This document shows positions 12,880 through 26,394 of a DNA stretch of 64,000 bases, piece after piece. The stretch covers positions 24,740,001-24,804,000 of the forward strand of contig CM075989.1 of assembly GCA_038087875.1 (NCBI GenBank). The letters are read 5' to 3'. Position 1 is the first letter of the stretch, and every line of letters starts with the position of its first letter. The notes under the pieces were generated by a model. That model saw nothing but the letters and a program-made list of their open reading frames with translations, was not told the origin of the DNA and did not search any database. Source of the stretch: Malacoraja senta (Eukaryota). The translations under genes were made by a program, and so were the position numbers.

Positions 12880-12976
12880 CTGAAGAAGGGTCTCGACCCA
12901 AAACGTCACCCATTCCCTCTCCCCATAGATGCTGCCTGTCCCACTGAGTTACTCCAGCATTTTGTGTCTGTCTTCA
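12880..12976 (+). mobile_element. Penelope pLTR-derived short repeat
   Basis: CTGAAGAAGGGTCTCGACCCAAAACGTCACCCATTCC.. Confidence 0.8.
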
Positions 12977-13009
12977 GTAGGATTCTTTCCTTTGGACGGG
13001 ATATACGGT

Positions 13010-13160
13010 ATATTGATAATATATATTAATAATATAATATAATGGAATATAATATAAAATAATATATACTATAATAATATATTAATATAATATATATAAT
13101 GTAATATATTAATATAATATAATGGAATATAACGTAATATAATATAATAATATATAATAG
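13010..13160. repeat. AT-rich low-complexity tract with a degenerate internal duplication
   Basis: AATATAATATAATGGAATATAA occurs twice. Confidence 0.85.
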
Positions 13161-13563
13161 ATCACAGTGGAACACCACTGGTCACGGACCTCCAGCCAGA
13201 ATAACACCCTTCCACCAGTATCCTCTCTTTGATATCTTGTCATGACTAACTAGGTAACTGTCTTGCATGCCTTCTTCACCACCGTGCCCACCATTGCTGC
13301 CACCTTCAGGATCTTTGGACTTTTACTCCCATCTACCTCTGCTCTTCAAATAAAAATATAGAAAAAACCTTTCCGGTGCTGTAAATCAGAAGTTTAAAAA
13401 ATCTTGGACTCACATCAACTAGGAATGGGAAATAGTCAAAGTTTCAGATCTGAGACCCTTTGTCAGAAAGAGGGAAAATGAAGAAACAGCAGAAAAAAAA
13501 GAACTGCACACACTGTTTTATACCAAAGATGGACAAAATGTTTTGGCCACCATGTTATAGGAA

Positions 13564-14339
13564 ATAATAATAATAATAATAATAATCATTTTATTTACTG
13601 GCGCCTTTCTAAAACCCAAGGACACCTTACAATGCATAGAATCACAAAAAAATACAAAACACATAATCGGAATAAATTAAATATAAAAACACCACAATAC
13701 ACAAATCAAGGACAGAATTCAATTTCAAGAGCACCAAAAGAAAATAAGAAACACAATTTGAGGAGAGAGCAGCGGCGACCAATTCGCGCCAGCGTCCACT
13801 CTCCCCTCCGACCGCCATCTTGTACACGGACTAACAGGCACAGCACACAAATCATCCCCCCACAATGACCACCACTGTGGGGGAAGGCACAATGTCCAGT
13901 CCCCAACCCAGTTCTCCCCAGAGTCAGGCCCATCGAGGCCACCACAGTTGCCTCTACGGAGGCCCGATGTTCCTGGCCGTCGGGAGAGTCCTCGCAGCGG
14001 CTGAACGGCCGGTTTCCCAGCGGAGTCAATGGCACCTGAAGCCGACAGGGCCGCGCCGATTTGGAGCCACGAGGCTCCCGATGTTGGAGTCGGCGCCGCC
14101 GCCCGTGGCTGGTCGCTCCGCAGTCCCGCAGCCCGGAGGTGTTGATGTCGGCGGTCAGCGCATACCGGAGCTCCAGCGCGTCGATCTAGCGCGGCGACCC
14201 AGGCAAGGCATCGCCCGCTACGCTCTCCGATAGCGCTCCAGCGCTGTGCCGCCACCGAAGCTGAAGGTGCTGGGCGGTCTCCGTCAGGAAACGGCGCTCC
14301 ATGCCCGCTGGTAGGCCACGAGGACGGGTCGACGAGGCA
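13564..14339 (-). mobile_element. CpG-rich non-coding retroposon with an L2-type 3' tail, inserted into a CR1 fragment
   Basis: Minus strand ends GTGTCCTTGGGTTTTAGAAAGGCGCCAGTAAATAAAATG(ATT)n; the flanks rejoin into CR1 sequence (..CCATGTTATAGGAAA | ATGTTGTCAAG.., compare 48683-48710). Confidence 0.7.
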
Positions 14340-14434
14340 GAAAAATGTTGTCAAGTTTGATTGGATTCAGAGAAGATTTATCAGGATGTTGCCGACATTG
14401 AAACGGAGTTGGCCTTTTAAATTGAAGTAATTCA

Positions 14435-14580
14435 GCCGGTCAGGCAGCATCTCTGGAGAAAAAGGATGGGTGATGTTTCTGGTCGGGAGGAAAGGGTCCC
14501 ATCCTGAAACGTCACCCATCTATTTTCTGCAGAGATGCTGCCTGACCTGCTGATTTACTCCAGCACTCTGTGTCTATCTT
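14435..14580. mobile_element. Palindromic Penelope pLTR-derived element
   Basis: GTCAGGCAGCATCTCTGGAGAA..GATGGGTGA / TCACCCATC..CAGAGATGCTGCCTGAC. Confidence 0.75.
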
Positions 14581-15550
14581 TCTCATACAAGTTGTTGGTT
14601 TTGAGCACCTAGTATGGAAGAGTCTACAGGTCCTACACTGGTCTCTCCGGTCACCTCCAAACCCACTCAACTAGAGTAGAAACTCAAAATCAAACTAAAC
14701 TCAAACTCAAGTCATAGCCTGAGAAGAAAGTGATACCATTAGCCCTGAGGCTTGTAGACTATAAATCTCACATGTGGGAACATGTTGATTGTCCATCTGG
14801 ATCTGTTCAGAGTGTCAGTGAATTTCCACTTACACATGCACATGAAAAATATACACATTAATAGATTTGATTCGGAGCAGATGGATGTCCCATCAGGGTC
14901 TGAGCTCTCCACAATGAAACGCTACATGGTAAGAGATACTAAAAATAACCGCTGTGCCTACCACATGGAGAGGATTAGCAGCTATAGGATAGCCAAATAA
15001 GGCCCAAGGCCTACATGGTCTTCATTACTGTGGTGTAGCATGGATCACATACGCTTTGGCAGCGCACCAAATATGAGCAATAAGTGGCCCACTGGCCACT
15101 TACAGCAAAGAAGGCATTTCTGTGCCCAACATTTGAGATTGATATAGGATTTCACTCATAGTTCTGGCAAGATCTTCAACCACCTTCCCAACTATCACAA
15201 CTCCCCAGTTTAGTTTAGTTTAGAGATACAGCCCGGAAACGGGCCCTTCGGCCCACCGAGTCCGCACCTACCAGCGATCCCCGCACACTAACACTATCCT
15301 ACACACACTAGGGACAATTTTACAATTATACCAAGACAATTGACCTACTGAAAAGGAAATATGATTGAACAAAATTATTGGAGTTTTTTGAAGTTGTGTT
15401 TAGCAGAATAGATAAAAGTTGCCGTGGAGTATTTGGTCTTGTGAAGGCATTCAATTATGTTCCACACCGGAGTTTATGAAACAAAATTAGAATGCATATT
15501 GGCGGGAGTGTGGATTGAAGATAGATCAATGGACAAAAACAGAGTTTAGT

Positions 15551-15745
15551 TTTCACTTAAGGCAGTTTACAACCCAGTGGCATCAACGTTGATTTCTCTA
15601 ATTTCAAGTAAGTCCTGTATTCCCTCCCCACCTCCTCTCTCCCCCCTTCCCCACCTCCTCTCTCCCCCCCCCCTTCCCCCACCCTGGTCGTCCTATGTTC
15701 CACTCTTTGCATCTTGAATCCCTCTTGTTAGTACACCTTCCCCAG
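15551..15745 (+). mobile_element. Penelope ORF C-terminus and C-rich 3' UTR fragment
   Basis: GGCAGTTTACAACCCAGTGGCATCAACGTTGATTTCTCTAATTTCAAGTAA reads GSLQPSGINVDFSNFK*, a typical end of the PLE GIY-YIG domain; homologous to 38368 onward. Confidence 0.7.
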
Positions 15746-17204
15746 TGTGCTGGTTTGTAGGTTAATTGGCCCTCTGTAATTCCCCCTAGTGTGCGGGGAG
15801 GGGATGAGACAGTGGGAGAACATAGAACTAGTGTGAACTAGTGATCGAAGGTCAACATGGACTCAGTGGGCCGAAGGGCCTGTTTCCGTGGTGTATCTCT
15901 AAACTAAAGTCTACACTTGTGACTGAGTGAGTGCAGTGAAGATTCACTGGAGTAATTCCTGAATGAGGTGCTGGTTGTGTGAGGATAGATTAATCAAACT
16001 GATCCAATTCTGTCTTGAGTTGAGATTAATGAGAGGTTATTCATTGAGATGAACATGGGGTTTACAGAGTGGATGGTGTGTTGATGTTTAGCCTGTCGGG
16101 TGTGTAGAATCACGGGTGAGAATCTCAAAATAAGTTGGCCATTTGGGACAGGGAGGAGGAACATTTCTTCTTTGGAATTGGCTACTCCATAGACTTGTAG
16201 AGTCTCCTTTGCTGAGAGTATTAAAGACAACATGTTAAATGTTTAGACATTATGGGAATGCAGTGACTGAGCTGATAAATAGGAGATAACTTTATACTCC
16301 AACGAGCAACAAGTGGGCAACATGATGTTGGAGCAACTTATCTTAACGAGATAAAGAGTTGGATGGAGGCTGTGGACAACGTTTGCAGCTCGAGCAACGT
16401 GATGAGCTTGGGGTAGACCGTGACCTTTTCTGACACCGTGGAGTCGTGTAGGAATGTGGTGGCTCTTCACATCCTCCCTGGCACAGCTTCTATTCCTGGC
16501 GCAGCCAATACTTACGGTTGAACACAGAATGCCAACCTAACTCAAGTGCAACAGTGAGGCTGCCTCTTTAAACTTGAGACACAGCGCGGACATGGTGGAC
16601 CGAAGGGCCTGTTTCCCAACTAATGATCACCCCGTACACCAGCACTGTCCTACACACTCGGGACAATGTATAATTCTGCCGATGCCAATTAACCTACAAA
16701 AAGCTGGAGTAACTGAGCGAAAATGGTGCTGTGAGGCAGCAACTTCACCGCTGCACCACCATACTGCACCAGCATTCACCTGCCAAGAGTTGCTGTGCTT
16801 TTAATGTCTCAGTGATCCTCAGAGCCGGTGCCAGCTTAAGATCCAGCCTTGTCTGGCGTCAGGAACACCAGATGATGGAGACACCTGCTTCCTCCTCCCC
16901 ACCACACCATTACATCCTCACCAGCTCCACCTAAAAGGCAATTGCAACCCATAATTACAGGCTTGCCACAGTGTAAATTAATCCTTGTTCCAGGCAGCAG
17001 GAAACTCATACCTAACTGCTGATTTAACTAATTTCCTCTCCTGGCCTGTGTTTACTTATTCAAAGTTACATTTGATATTGAAGGTAGACACAAAAAGCTG
17101 GAGTAACTCAGCGGGACAGGCAGCATCTCTGGAGAGAATGAATGGGTGACGTTTCGGGTCAAGACACTTCTTGATCACACAAATGATCAAGGATAAGGAC
17201 AAGG

Positions 17205-17497
17205 ATTTTAAGAATAAGGGGTAGGCCATTTAGAACGGAGATGATGAAGGAAAAATGTTTTCACACATAGGGTTCTGAATCTGTGGAATTTTCTGCCTCA
17301 AAAGACAGTGGAGGCCAATTCTCTGGATGTTTTCAAGGGAGAGTTAGATAGAGCTCTTAAAGATGGCGGAGTCAAGGATATGGGGAGAAGGCAGGAACGG
17401 GGTACTGATTGAGGATGATCAGCCGTGATCATATTGAATGGCTGTGCTGGCTCGAAGGGCTGAATGGCCTTCTCCTGCACCTATTGTCTATTGTCTA
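17205..17497 (+). mobile_element. CR1/HER1 3' end
   Basis: Homologous to the 3' end of the 11147 copy; (CTATTGT)n tail. Confidence 0.8.
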
Positions 17498-18791
17498 AAT
17501 GAGTGATCAGGTGTGATCTTCTAATGGCAGTTCTCTGGCATTTACATTGGTGAAGTACCCTGCAGGATTAACAAAGCAGATGCTGATGCAAGAACATCCA
17601 GATTCTCCACTGCTCCACATCCAAGCTTCATGAGCTCCCTGCTAATTAAACCGTGTACAACAACACCAGAGCATTGGGTATCGTTAGGTTGACTGCACCA
17701 GCAACAAGGTATAATTAATTACTCTTAGCACTTGCACGAGCGTACAATGATTGTCACTTTTATTTTCAAACGTGATTGCCAAAAGCAAACTTTATTTTCC
17801 TGTGTGTTTCCCCAGAGAGTGGAGTTAGATTACACAAAGCATTGTGCCAAAGTTAGTGACAGGTTCAGGGAGAGTTTCTTCACAGTTGTCGTCAGGCAAG
17901 TGAACCATCCCATCACCAGCTAGAGAGTTGGCCTGACCTTTCATCTACCTCATTGGAGACCTTTGGAAGGTCATTAATTGGACTTTACTGGACTTTACTT
18001 TGCATTAAACATTATTCCCTTTATCCTGTATCTGTACACGGTGGACAGCCCACTGAGTCCACGTGAACCAGCGCTCCCCGTACACTAGCACTATCCTACA
18101 CACTCGGGACAATTTTACAATTTTACAGAAGCCAATTAACCTACAAACCTGAACATCTTTGAAGTGTGGGAAGAAACCGGAGCACCCAGAGAAAACCCAC
18201 GCAGGTCACGGGGATAACGTACAAACTCCGTACAGACAGCACTCCATTCACGAGTGGCCAGTGTATTTTCATTTCTGGCAGAGTTGCTGATCGGTTAATA
18301 ACTTACAAACTTCAAGCTGATCTGAATTCGTATTCCATGACTTGCTTTTGGAAGAGAATGTTGAATACTCGCTTGAGGCTTGAATAAAAGCTGGTTTAAC
18401 TAAGGCAGGGAGACAGTTCATACAAGTATAAATCTGGAAAGGTCAGCTTTTGGTCAGGTTGTTCTGATCTGAACATCATCACATTGCTGCATAAACCAAA
18501 CCAAACCCTTGTTCCATTCTCTCCCTCAGTGAGTAGTCAGCTCCTTTTTGAAACACTAAACATACTGCTACCCTGACACGACCTTCCGTAAACTGTTACC
18601 CAGAGGAGTGAAACAAGAAGCACACATTGTGCCAATGCAAGATGTAGAGAGAGTCCTACTGTGCCAGACCTATACAACACACAAACAGGCCATTTGCCCA
18701 ACATGTGTGACCTTCCAATAGCCATCTTCTCTAAACCCATTACCCACAGCCTATAAGTCCATGGCTAGGTACATCTTCACATTATATATGT

Positions 18792-18919
18792 GTAGGAAGG
18801 AACTGCAGATACTGCTTTATACGAAAGATAGGCACAATGAGCTGGAGTAAATCAGCGGGACAGGCAACATCTCTGGAGAGAAGGAATGGGTGTTGTTTTG
18901 GGTCGAGACCCTTTTTCAA
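18792..18919 (-). mobile_element. Solo Penelope pLTR-derived insert with target-site duplication
   Basis: Flanked by ATTATATATGT (18781-18791) and ATTATGTATGT (18920-18930). Confidence 0.75.
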
Positions 18920-19053
18920 ATTATGTATGTCAAGTTAGGAGTGTTTTCTTGTCATATGTCCTAAAAAGGTATGTGTGACTCTGTGACTATGGTGAGGTCA
19001 GTAAGTATTCCCTCACTTTCTCAGGAGAAGGCAGTAGTGAGACAATAGTCATG

Positions 19054-19345
19054 GAGATATAGCATGGAAACAGGCCCTTTAGCCCACCATCCACACTCAC
19101 CTTTACACAAATCTAATCCAACTTTATTCTCTTCATTTTGTCATCAGTTCCCCCCAGATTCTACCACTCGGGGCAATTTCCTCCCAAAAGAGGCCAATTA
19201 ATCTACAAACCCGCACGCCTTTGGGATGTGAGAGGAAACCAGAGCATCCAGAGGAAATCCATGCGGTCACAGGGAGAACGTGCAAACTCCATACAGACAG
19301 CACCCGAGGTCAGGTTCGAACTTGGGTCTCCGGCGCCGTGAGGCA
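19054..19345 (-). mobile_element. HE1 V-SINE
   Basis: Tail, V-core and tRNA-like head on the minus strand. Confidence 0.8.
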
Positions 19346-19417
19346 GCGGCTCTACCCACTGTGCAGTTCAAATCTTTTTTTTTAAAGTGTCATCTTGATC
19401 AAACATGAGAACAGCAG

Positions 19418-19515
19418 GTAGACACAAAATGCTGGAGTAACTCAGCGGGACAGGCAGCATCTCTGGAGAGAAGGAATGGGTGAAGTTTTGGGTCGAGACC
19501 CTTCTTCAGCCTGGT
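19418..19515 (-). mobile_element. Solo Penelope pLTR-derived insert with 14-bp target-site duplication
   Basis: CATGAGAACAGCAG (19404-19417) and CATGAGAGCAGCAG (19516-19529). Confidence 0.8.
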
Positions 19516-20871
19516 CATGAGAGCAGCAGCACAGTGACAGACGGACAGGCAAATGAAGAATGGGGAAGAGAAGCAAATTGAGTTCGCAGCAACGTCAACA
19601 CTTTCAGATGATCTAAATAAACAAATATATCATCTGGACATATCTTACATCTCAACAATTTGTTCCATAAGTTCATAAGTTAAAGGAGCATTTGGCCCAT
19701 CAAGTCTACTCCGCCATTCAACCATGGCTGATCAATCGTTCCCTCTCACCCCATTCTCCTGCCTTCTCCGCATAACCCCGGACACCCGTACTAATCAAGT
19801 TGTCCACATTAATCTGAGTTGCAACACCAGCAGATTAATTCCGCAATGGTGTAATCAATACTTGCACATGTTCCAAACCTGTCCAGTTTGAACAACCTGG
19901 TGACCCTTGCCTGAACCTTTGTTAGGTTTGCAGACTGTTTTCCCAGCCCCTTTCCCCGGCTCAGTGATCAAGGTGGTGAAGTCTAGCGGCCTTAATGACC
20001 GTCCCCTCAGGAATCCACCGGTGACCGATCTACACTGCAACCACAGGCATTAACAACCACCTTCTGTCTGCCAGAGAGCAGCCCGTTCCTTATCCAAACC
20101 AAGATCAGTCTGCTAATTCAGTTTGCAATGTACGACCTGTAGCTGGGCCTTCCTGTAAATTCCCTCAGGAAGATTAATGGTGGAATGCGGTTTGCAGGTT
20201 AATGCCGGCTGCCTCTCACAGAGCTAAGTGCTAGATGGGCAGATTGTTGGGGCAGGAATAGGCTCCAATACTCCTGTGGATCCAAAGATCAGGAAGGAGC
20301 GGCAACATAATTTCAAGTCAGTATGACGGCATTGCGATCTTAATCCAACTCTCTGTTAGAATTGGGACTGATTTAGTGAACCATTTCACTGTGTCTCTGG
20401 GCAAATCCCTTGGACCGAGTACACCTGTCAACTGAGACTGTTACCTAGTTCTTCTTTGGCAAATTCTTTATCAGATCATTAGACAAAGGAGCAGAATTAG
20501 GCCATTTGGCCCATCGGGTCTGCTCAACCATTTGATCATGGCTGATGTATTTTCTCTCTCAACCCCATTCTCCTGCCTTCTCCCTGTAACCATTGATGCC
20601 CTTTGACTACCAGCATCATAGCAGCGTTTGGCTGGTTGAAGTCCAGAAGCGTCACCCAACCCAACAGCCTGGCCTGGACATTGGCTTGTCACAGCCTGGT
20701 GGATACTTCCATTGGAGATGATCTTATGGACCATGAGAGTGAGCGGGATGGAGAGGAAGGCAAGATCTGGGAGGAAGTGACAAGCAGGAAGAGAGGAATG
20801 ATTGGGAATGAAGATGTTCAGCCTTCTGAATTTTATAGTCGGCAGGGCAGTACTCCGCATATCGCCAACTT

Positions 20872-21042
20872 GGACAATTTAACATTTATACCAAGCCAAT
20901 TAACCTACAGACCTGCACGTCTTTGGAGTGTGGGAGGAAACCGAAGATCTCGGAGAAAACCCACGCAGATGACGGGGAGAACGTACAAACTCCATACAGA
21001 CAGCACCCGTAGTCGGGATTGAACCCGGGTCTCTGGCGCTGC
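20872..21042 (-). mobile_element. HE1 V-SINE fragment
   Basis: V-core and head match. Confidence 0.8.
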
Positions 21043-21419
21043 ATTTTGTGACTGCCTCACATCACATAGTCCAGAGGAACCATGTAGGTAATGAGGATCA
21101 TGGTGACAATGTCAACCAGAAAGTCTATTGCACTACAAGCTTCCTTCAGTCTATGTGGAACATGTCATGGAATCATAACGCACAGACAGGCCCTTCAGCC
21201 CAACTCACCCATGCCGACCAGAATCTAGACTAGTCCCATTTGACCTGCTCCATCTTCCCACTCCAGGTGACTATGTGGAACATGTAGACCCCGCATTCAA
21301 TGAACCCCAACCATGGCTTGTAGTTCACAGATTGTGCATTCCTTGTAGGCAAGGTAACCATGTGATCAGGCCTGAAAATATTTTGAACATTTAGTTTTAT
21401 GATGAAATGACTGATAGGA

Positions 21420-21690
21420 GTTTAGTGATACAGTGTGGAAACAGGCCCTTCGGCCCACCCAGTCCACACCGACCAGCGATCCTTGTGTACTAACACTACC
21501 CTACACACCCTAGGGACAATTTAACATTTTACACTTATGCCAAGCCAATTAAGCTACAAACCTGCATGTCTTTGGAGTGTGGGAGGAAACCGAAGATCTC
21601 AGAGAAAATCCACGCAGAAATCAGGGAGAACGTACAAACTCCGTACAGGCAGCACCCGTAGTCAGGATCGAACCCGGGTGTCTGGTGCCG
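21420..21690 (-). mobile_element. HE1 V-SINE
   Basis: Tail, V-core and head match. Confidence 0.8.
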
Positions 21691-22451
21691 AGAATGTTAA
21701 GTTGTGGTGGGATATCTGATCCTGGGTGAACAACAAGACCCTCTATAGTTAGAAACATAAATAAATATGATAAGAAGGAAAGATGGATTTGATTGCAAAA
21801 GGGAAGTAAATGAAAAGCAAGTTTGGTTTTAACCATTGCCTGAAGGAAGTGCACAGTTTGAATTGTTCACTTTCTGGGTGAGAGCATTTCAGAGACAATA
21901 ATTGACAATTACCTCATCATTAAATGGTTGCTTGTGCTGTTAATTACTAGATTTAACTTTCAGCACTGTTTAATTGTCAATTAATTTGCAATTGCAGCAA
22001 TGTTGTGCAAATCATTGAGAGAGTGATGGGAAGTTGCCACTTTCACAAGGCTAAAAACAGGGCAATACAAATCATTCTGAAAGGTGACAATTTGCAATTT
22101 GTGGCGAACCTTTGCCTTCAATGTTGCTGGTTGATTTACACATTGATAGCAGCAGCATCTTTCACTCAGTGTGACTGTACAGTAAGTTCTAGGACATGCC
22201 CTGGTTACAGCATTGATAAACAGGGAGATGCCTCCCACATTAGATGCGTCACCTCTGGTCTGGTGCACCACATTACATGAGGTATGATTGAACGTAGCCT
22301 TCCCAAGGTATTCCCCAGCTCAGCGATCACCACTCATTCATACATTTTCATGAATATGTAATAAACAGCAGATCACAAATCAAATTAACAAACAAAACTC
22401 CACAGGTGCTGGAAATCCAAAACGAGGAAAGACCATGAGGTCAGGAGTGAA

Positions 22452-22620
22452 TAGGAAGGAACTGATGCTGGTTTACACTGAAGATAGACACAAAATGCTG
22501 GAGTAACTTAACGGGACAGGCAGCATCTCTGGGTTGAAGGAGTGGGTGACGTTTCAGGTTGAGACCCTTCTTCAGTCTGCGGAAGACTCTTGACCTGAGT
22601 TACTCCAGCATTTTGTGTCG
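22452..22620. mobile_element. Palindromic Penelope pLTR-derived element
   Basis: Minus copy with a near-intact hammerhead motif (CTGAAGAAGGGTCTCAACCTGAAACGTC), then a short plus arm. Confidence 0.75.
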
Positions 22621-24199
22621 AGGTCAGGAATGAATCTGGGTCTCTGCACCAATTACTGTGCCTCCGAGATGATGTCTGGATCTTGATGGAGTCATGGAGC
22701 TGCCTGACAACCCCTGGCAACTAGCCCTGATAGATCCTCCAGATAGAAATAGACCATTATTTGAAGTCTGAGCCACTCAGCAGGGTCTAAGCATCTGCAC
22801 ATCACATACACAGGAAACACCAAACACATTTTTCTAACAAATACCCAATCACGTTCAGGGAGCTTGTCTACCCAACGATGCTCTGGGCTCCTCCAATTCT
22901 GAGCCCTTGCACATCCTCCGCTATGTATATTGTACATTTAGCTTCTTCCATCTTCCACTCAACCTGACCTTCCCTGCCTCTCCTCTCTCTCCCCTTCTTT
23001 AAGGCAATCCTTAACACCTACGTATTAGCCTAAGCTGTGAATCATAGAACATAGAACAGCACAGGAAAGGCCCCTTCGGCCCACATTGTTTGTGCCAAAC
23101 ATGATATCAAGTGTGATCTTCTATTCTGTTCTAATATCCCACATTGTGGATGATCAGCCATGACCACATTGAATGGCGGTGCTGGTTGAATGGGAGTATG
23201 GCCTACTCCTGCACCTATTGCCTATTGTCTATTGTCGAATGTCTCTGGGCATAAGTGTTGGTTGCCAATGCTCCTGAGTCTTTTACTATATTGACACCGT
23301 TATATACATCAAGCTGTTGCTGTTATTAAGCACAGTTTTGATCAGTTCATTCATTTTCTGATTTATTTTCTAACCTTAAACCTACATCTGATCCATGTAC
23401 CTTCACTATAACAAACTAAGTCTTGTGCATAGTTTGAATTGCTGATATAATCTGTAAACTAATTCAGCAGCAAACCATACCTTGTCAGGGATTTCCTCAG
23501 TATTAACAAAATGAAAAGCCACGGCTGACATCCCTGGGAATCAAACTGACACCAAGAAGCATCTATTGCCTTCACAACGTCTCTGAGATGATGATTGTTC
23601 AGAATCCAAGCTTGCATGATGTTTGATATTATGGAACCCATGATTGCCAAGAGCTGACAAAATTGGATTAATTCATCTTGCATCAAACCGAGTGTTGGAA
23701 TAACCAAACATCGTCAGCCTTCGACTTGTTCAACAATGGGTGAAGAGGAAATAACAAGAAGAGGAAATTCCGCACCACTGTTGGCAAGTTGATAAGATGT
23801 TGCTGTCTTCACCAATGGCACCATCATGAACGCTGGGACATGGTTGCAAAACAAGCAGACCCTCCTTTAAAACCGGGGTGTGTAGAAATGTCTACTTTCA
23901 GACGGTATCTGAAATTGTGGAATTCTCTGTCCCAGCGTGTGTGATGAGGGGGTGGGGAGGTTCTGGTGGAGAGAGATGAATATTTGTAACATCGATGAAT
24001 TGAGGGTTCTGAGGAAGAGGAATGAAGGACAGCTGTGATTATATTGAATGGCAGGACAGGATTGATGGGCAAGAGGGCATACTCATTTTATATTTTCTTG
24101 TGATCTTATGACCCTGCTAAATTACCTCTAGTCTTCAGGTGAGCGGCAGAATATGGGAAGTTGATCATACTGTGGGCAGAATTAGTGTAAGCAGGTTAG

Positions 24200-24592
24200 A
24201 ACATAGTAAATAGAACAGTCAGAAGAGGAACAGGCTCTTCAGCCCACAACATCTGTGCTGAACATGATGTCAAGTCCAACAATTATCTGCCTGCATGTGA
24301 TCTACTCCATATCTCTCCATTCACTGCATATCCATGTGTCTATCTAAAAGCCTCTTAAACGCCACTATTGCACCACCACCCCTGGCAGTGCGTTCTAGAC
24401 ACCCACCACCCTCTGTATAAAAACACCTGCCCCGCACATCTCCTTTAAACTTTGCCCCTCTCCCCTTAAAGCTATGCACACTCCTGTTTGATATTTCCAC
24501 CCTGGGGAAAAGGCTCTGACTGTCTACCCCATCTATGCCTCACAACTTAATATTCTTTTACCAGGTCTCCCCTCACCCTGCGGTGTCCCAGA
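24200..24592 (-). mobile_element. CR1 3' end (older subfamily)
   Basis: Homologous to 32027-32637. Confidence 0.75.
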
Positions 24593-25058
24593 CGTTCTTG
24601 ATAATGGGCTCAGACTCCTTGGGCTGAAGAGGGTGTTCCTGAGCTGAATGACCTGTGGAGCCAGTGGGATGATCACACACCAAATCTCAAGGACTGGAGT
24701 TTGGGTCTTGGTTACAAACTAGTCCCGAGCCTAATGGAAGATACCAGTGTGAGTAGTGTTATGTGCAGTCCTTTGTTCTTGCTGGAACAGACAGCGAGAT
24801 GTACAAGACACTTGGAATTAGAATCATAGATTCAAACGCAGTTCAAATCAGTGGAATATTTTATGAGCTCAGCCATTAAATGGAAACAGATGTTACAATT
24901 TTCCAAAAATAATTGGAGATTACATTTGCTAATGAAAATATTCTGTTTGACATTGGTAATGAAGCTCATTCTGAAGGCAATTTGTAAATGTAGTTTTAAT
25001 GGTTGTTTTATAATGAGTTGGTGATAATTTTCAGTTACCATTTCAGAATTGAGAATGA

Positions 25059-26085
25059 TCAAGTCAAGTCAAGTCACATTTATTTATATAACACATTTAA
25101 AAAACAACTCTCGTTGGCCAAAGTGCTTTACATTTGTTATAAGAATAGCATAAACAAAACAAACTACATACATATATACATGTAGCCCTCACTCAGAGGA
25201 CGGCAGGAAAGGCTTGGGAGTATAGATAAGTCTTTAGTCTTGACTTAAAAGAGTCGATGGAGGGGGCAGTTCTGATGGGAAAGGGGATGCTGTTCCACAG
25301 TCTAGGGGCTGCAACCGCAAAGGCGCGGTCGCCCCTGAGCTTATACCTAGACCGTGGGATATTCAGCAACCCCAAGTCGGCCGATCTGAGGGGCCTGGAG
25401 GTGGAATTGTGGGTGAGAAGACTTTTTATGTAGGTGGGGGCAAGCCCATTGAGGGCTTTGTAGACATGGAGGAGGATCTTGACGTTTATACGGAACTGCA
25501 CAGGGAGCCAGTGGAGAGAGGCCAGGATCGGGGTGATGTGGTTCCTTTTTCGGGTGCCATCAGGAGTCTCGCTGCGGCGTTTTGGACCAGTTGCAGGCGT
25601 GACAGGGAAGATTGGCTGATGCCAGTGTAAAGGGAGTTGCAGTAATCTAGGCGGGAGGAGATGAATGTGTGGATGATCTTTTCGAGGTCATCAAACTGGA
25701 GGAATTGTTTTATTTTAGCTATCGTCCGAAGCTGAAAGAAGCTAGCTTTTACCACGGCATTGACTTGTTTGTCAAATTTCAGTGCTGAGTCAAATATCAC
25801 GCCAAGGTTTTTGACGTGAGGTTTGAGTAGTGGGGTAAGGCTTCCAAGGCTGCCTGCTATCATTTTGATTGAGTCCGAGGGGCCGAGAAGGATGACCTCA
25901 GACTTACTCTCGTTTAGTTGGAGGAAGTTCTGGGCCATCCAACAATTTATATCCTCGAGGCAGTGGGTAAGGTTAAACAGATTTGATTGTTTTTTGGGCT
26001 TCAGGGGGAGATAGAGTTGTGTATCGTCTGCGTAGCAATGGAAGGAAATGCCGTGCCTTTCAATGACTTGGCCTAAGGGAGAAGA
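25059..26085 (-). mobile_element. L2 LINE, 5'-truncated, RT C-terminus with a single frameshift near 25560
   Basis: HGISFHCYADDTQLY, LQLNESKSEV, SRLDYCNSL, LQLVQNAAARLL, then RAFAVAAPRLWNSIP; (CTTGA)n tail. Confidence 0.92.
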
Positions 26086-26394
26086 GAATGGGGCCAAGGA
26101 TGTGTGTGTTATTAGTGTGCATTGTGTTGATGTATCGTTTTAACCTGAAACTGTGGACACAAAGCTCACCAGTCCTTCCCATCAAAACCCTGTACTCAAG
26201 TGGAATCTCCACACCAATAAATAGGGCCAAAATGTCACCTTACAACAGTCAAAATGAAATAAGTAAGCAGGTTCAGACATGGCAGGCCACCAGTATTGCT
26301 TGAAGTGCACAGCATTGTAATGTGTGCTGGTTATTTCTTCAGTTCTTCTGTAAGTAAGTTGAGTGGTGGATGCAGCTGACAAGTGGGGAGGGAG

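Noticed and set aside
13706..14354. Overlapping 100-200 aa ORFs in GC-rich DNA (also 33894-34629 and 42398-42781)
   Set aside because: Stop-poor GC-rich transposon interiors with no recognisable domain
23481..23533. Possible minus-strand exon (cag|GGATGTCAGCC..GACAAG|gtatgg, MSAVAFHFVNTEEIPDK)
   Set aside because: Splice-like signals only; the peptide is not recognised and no partner exons were found; RNA-seq would be needed
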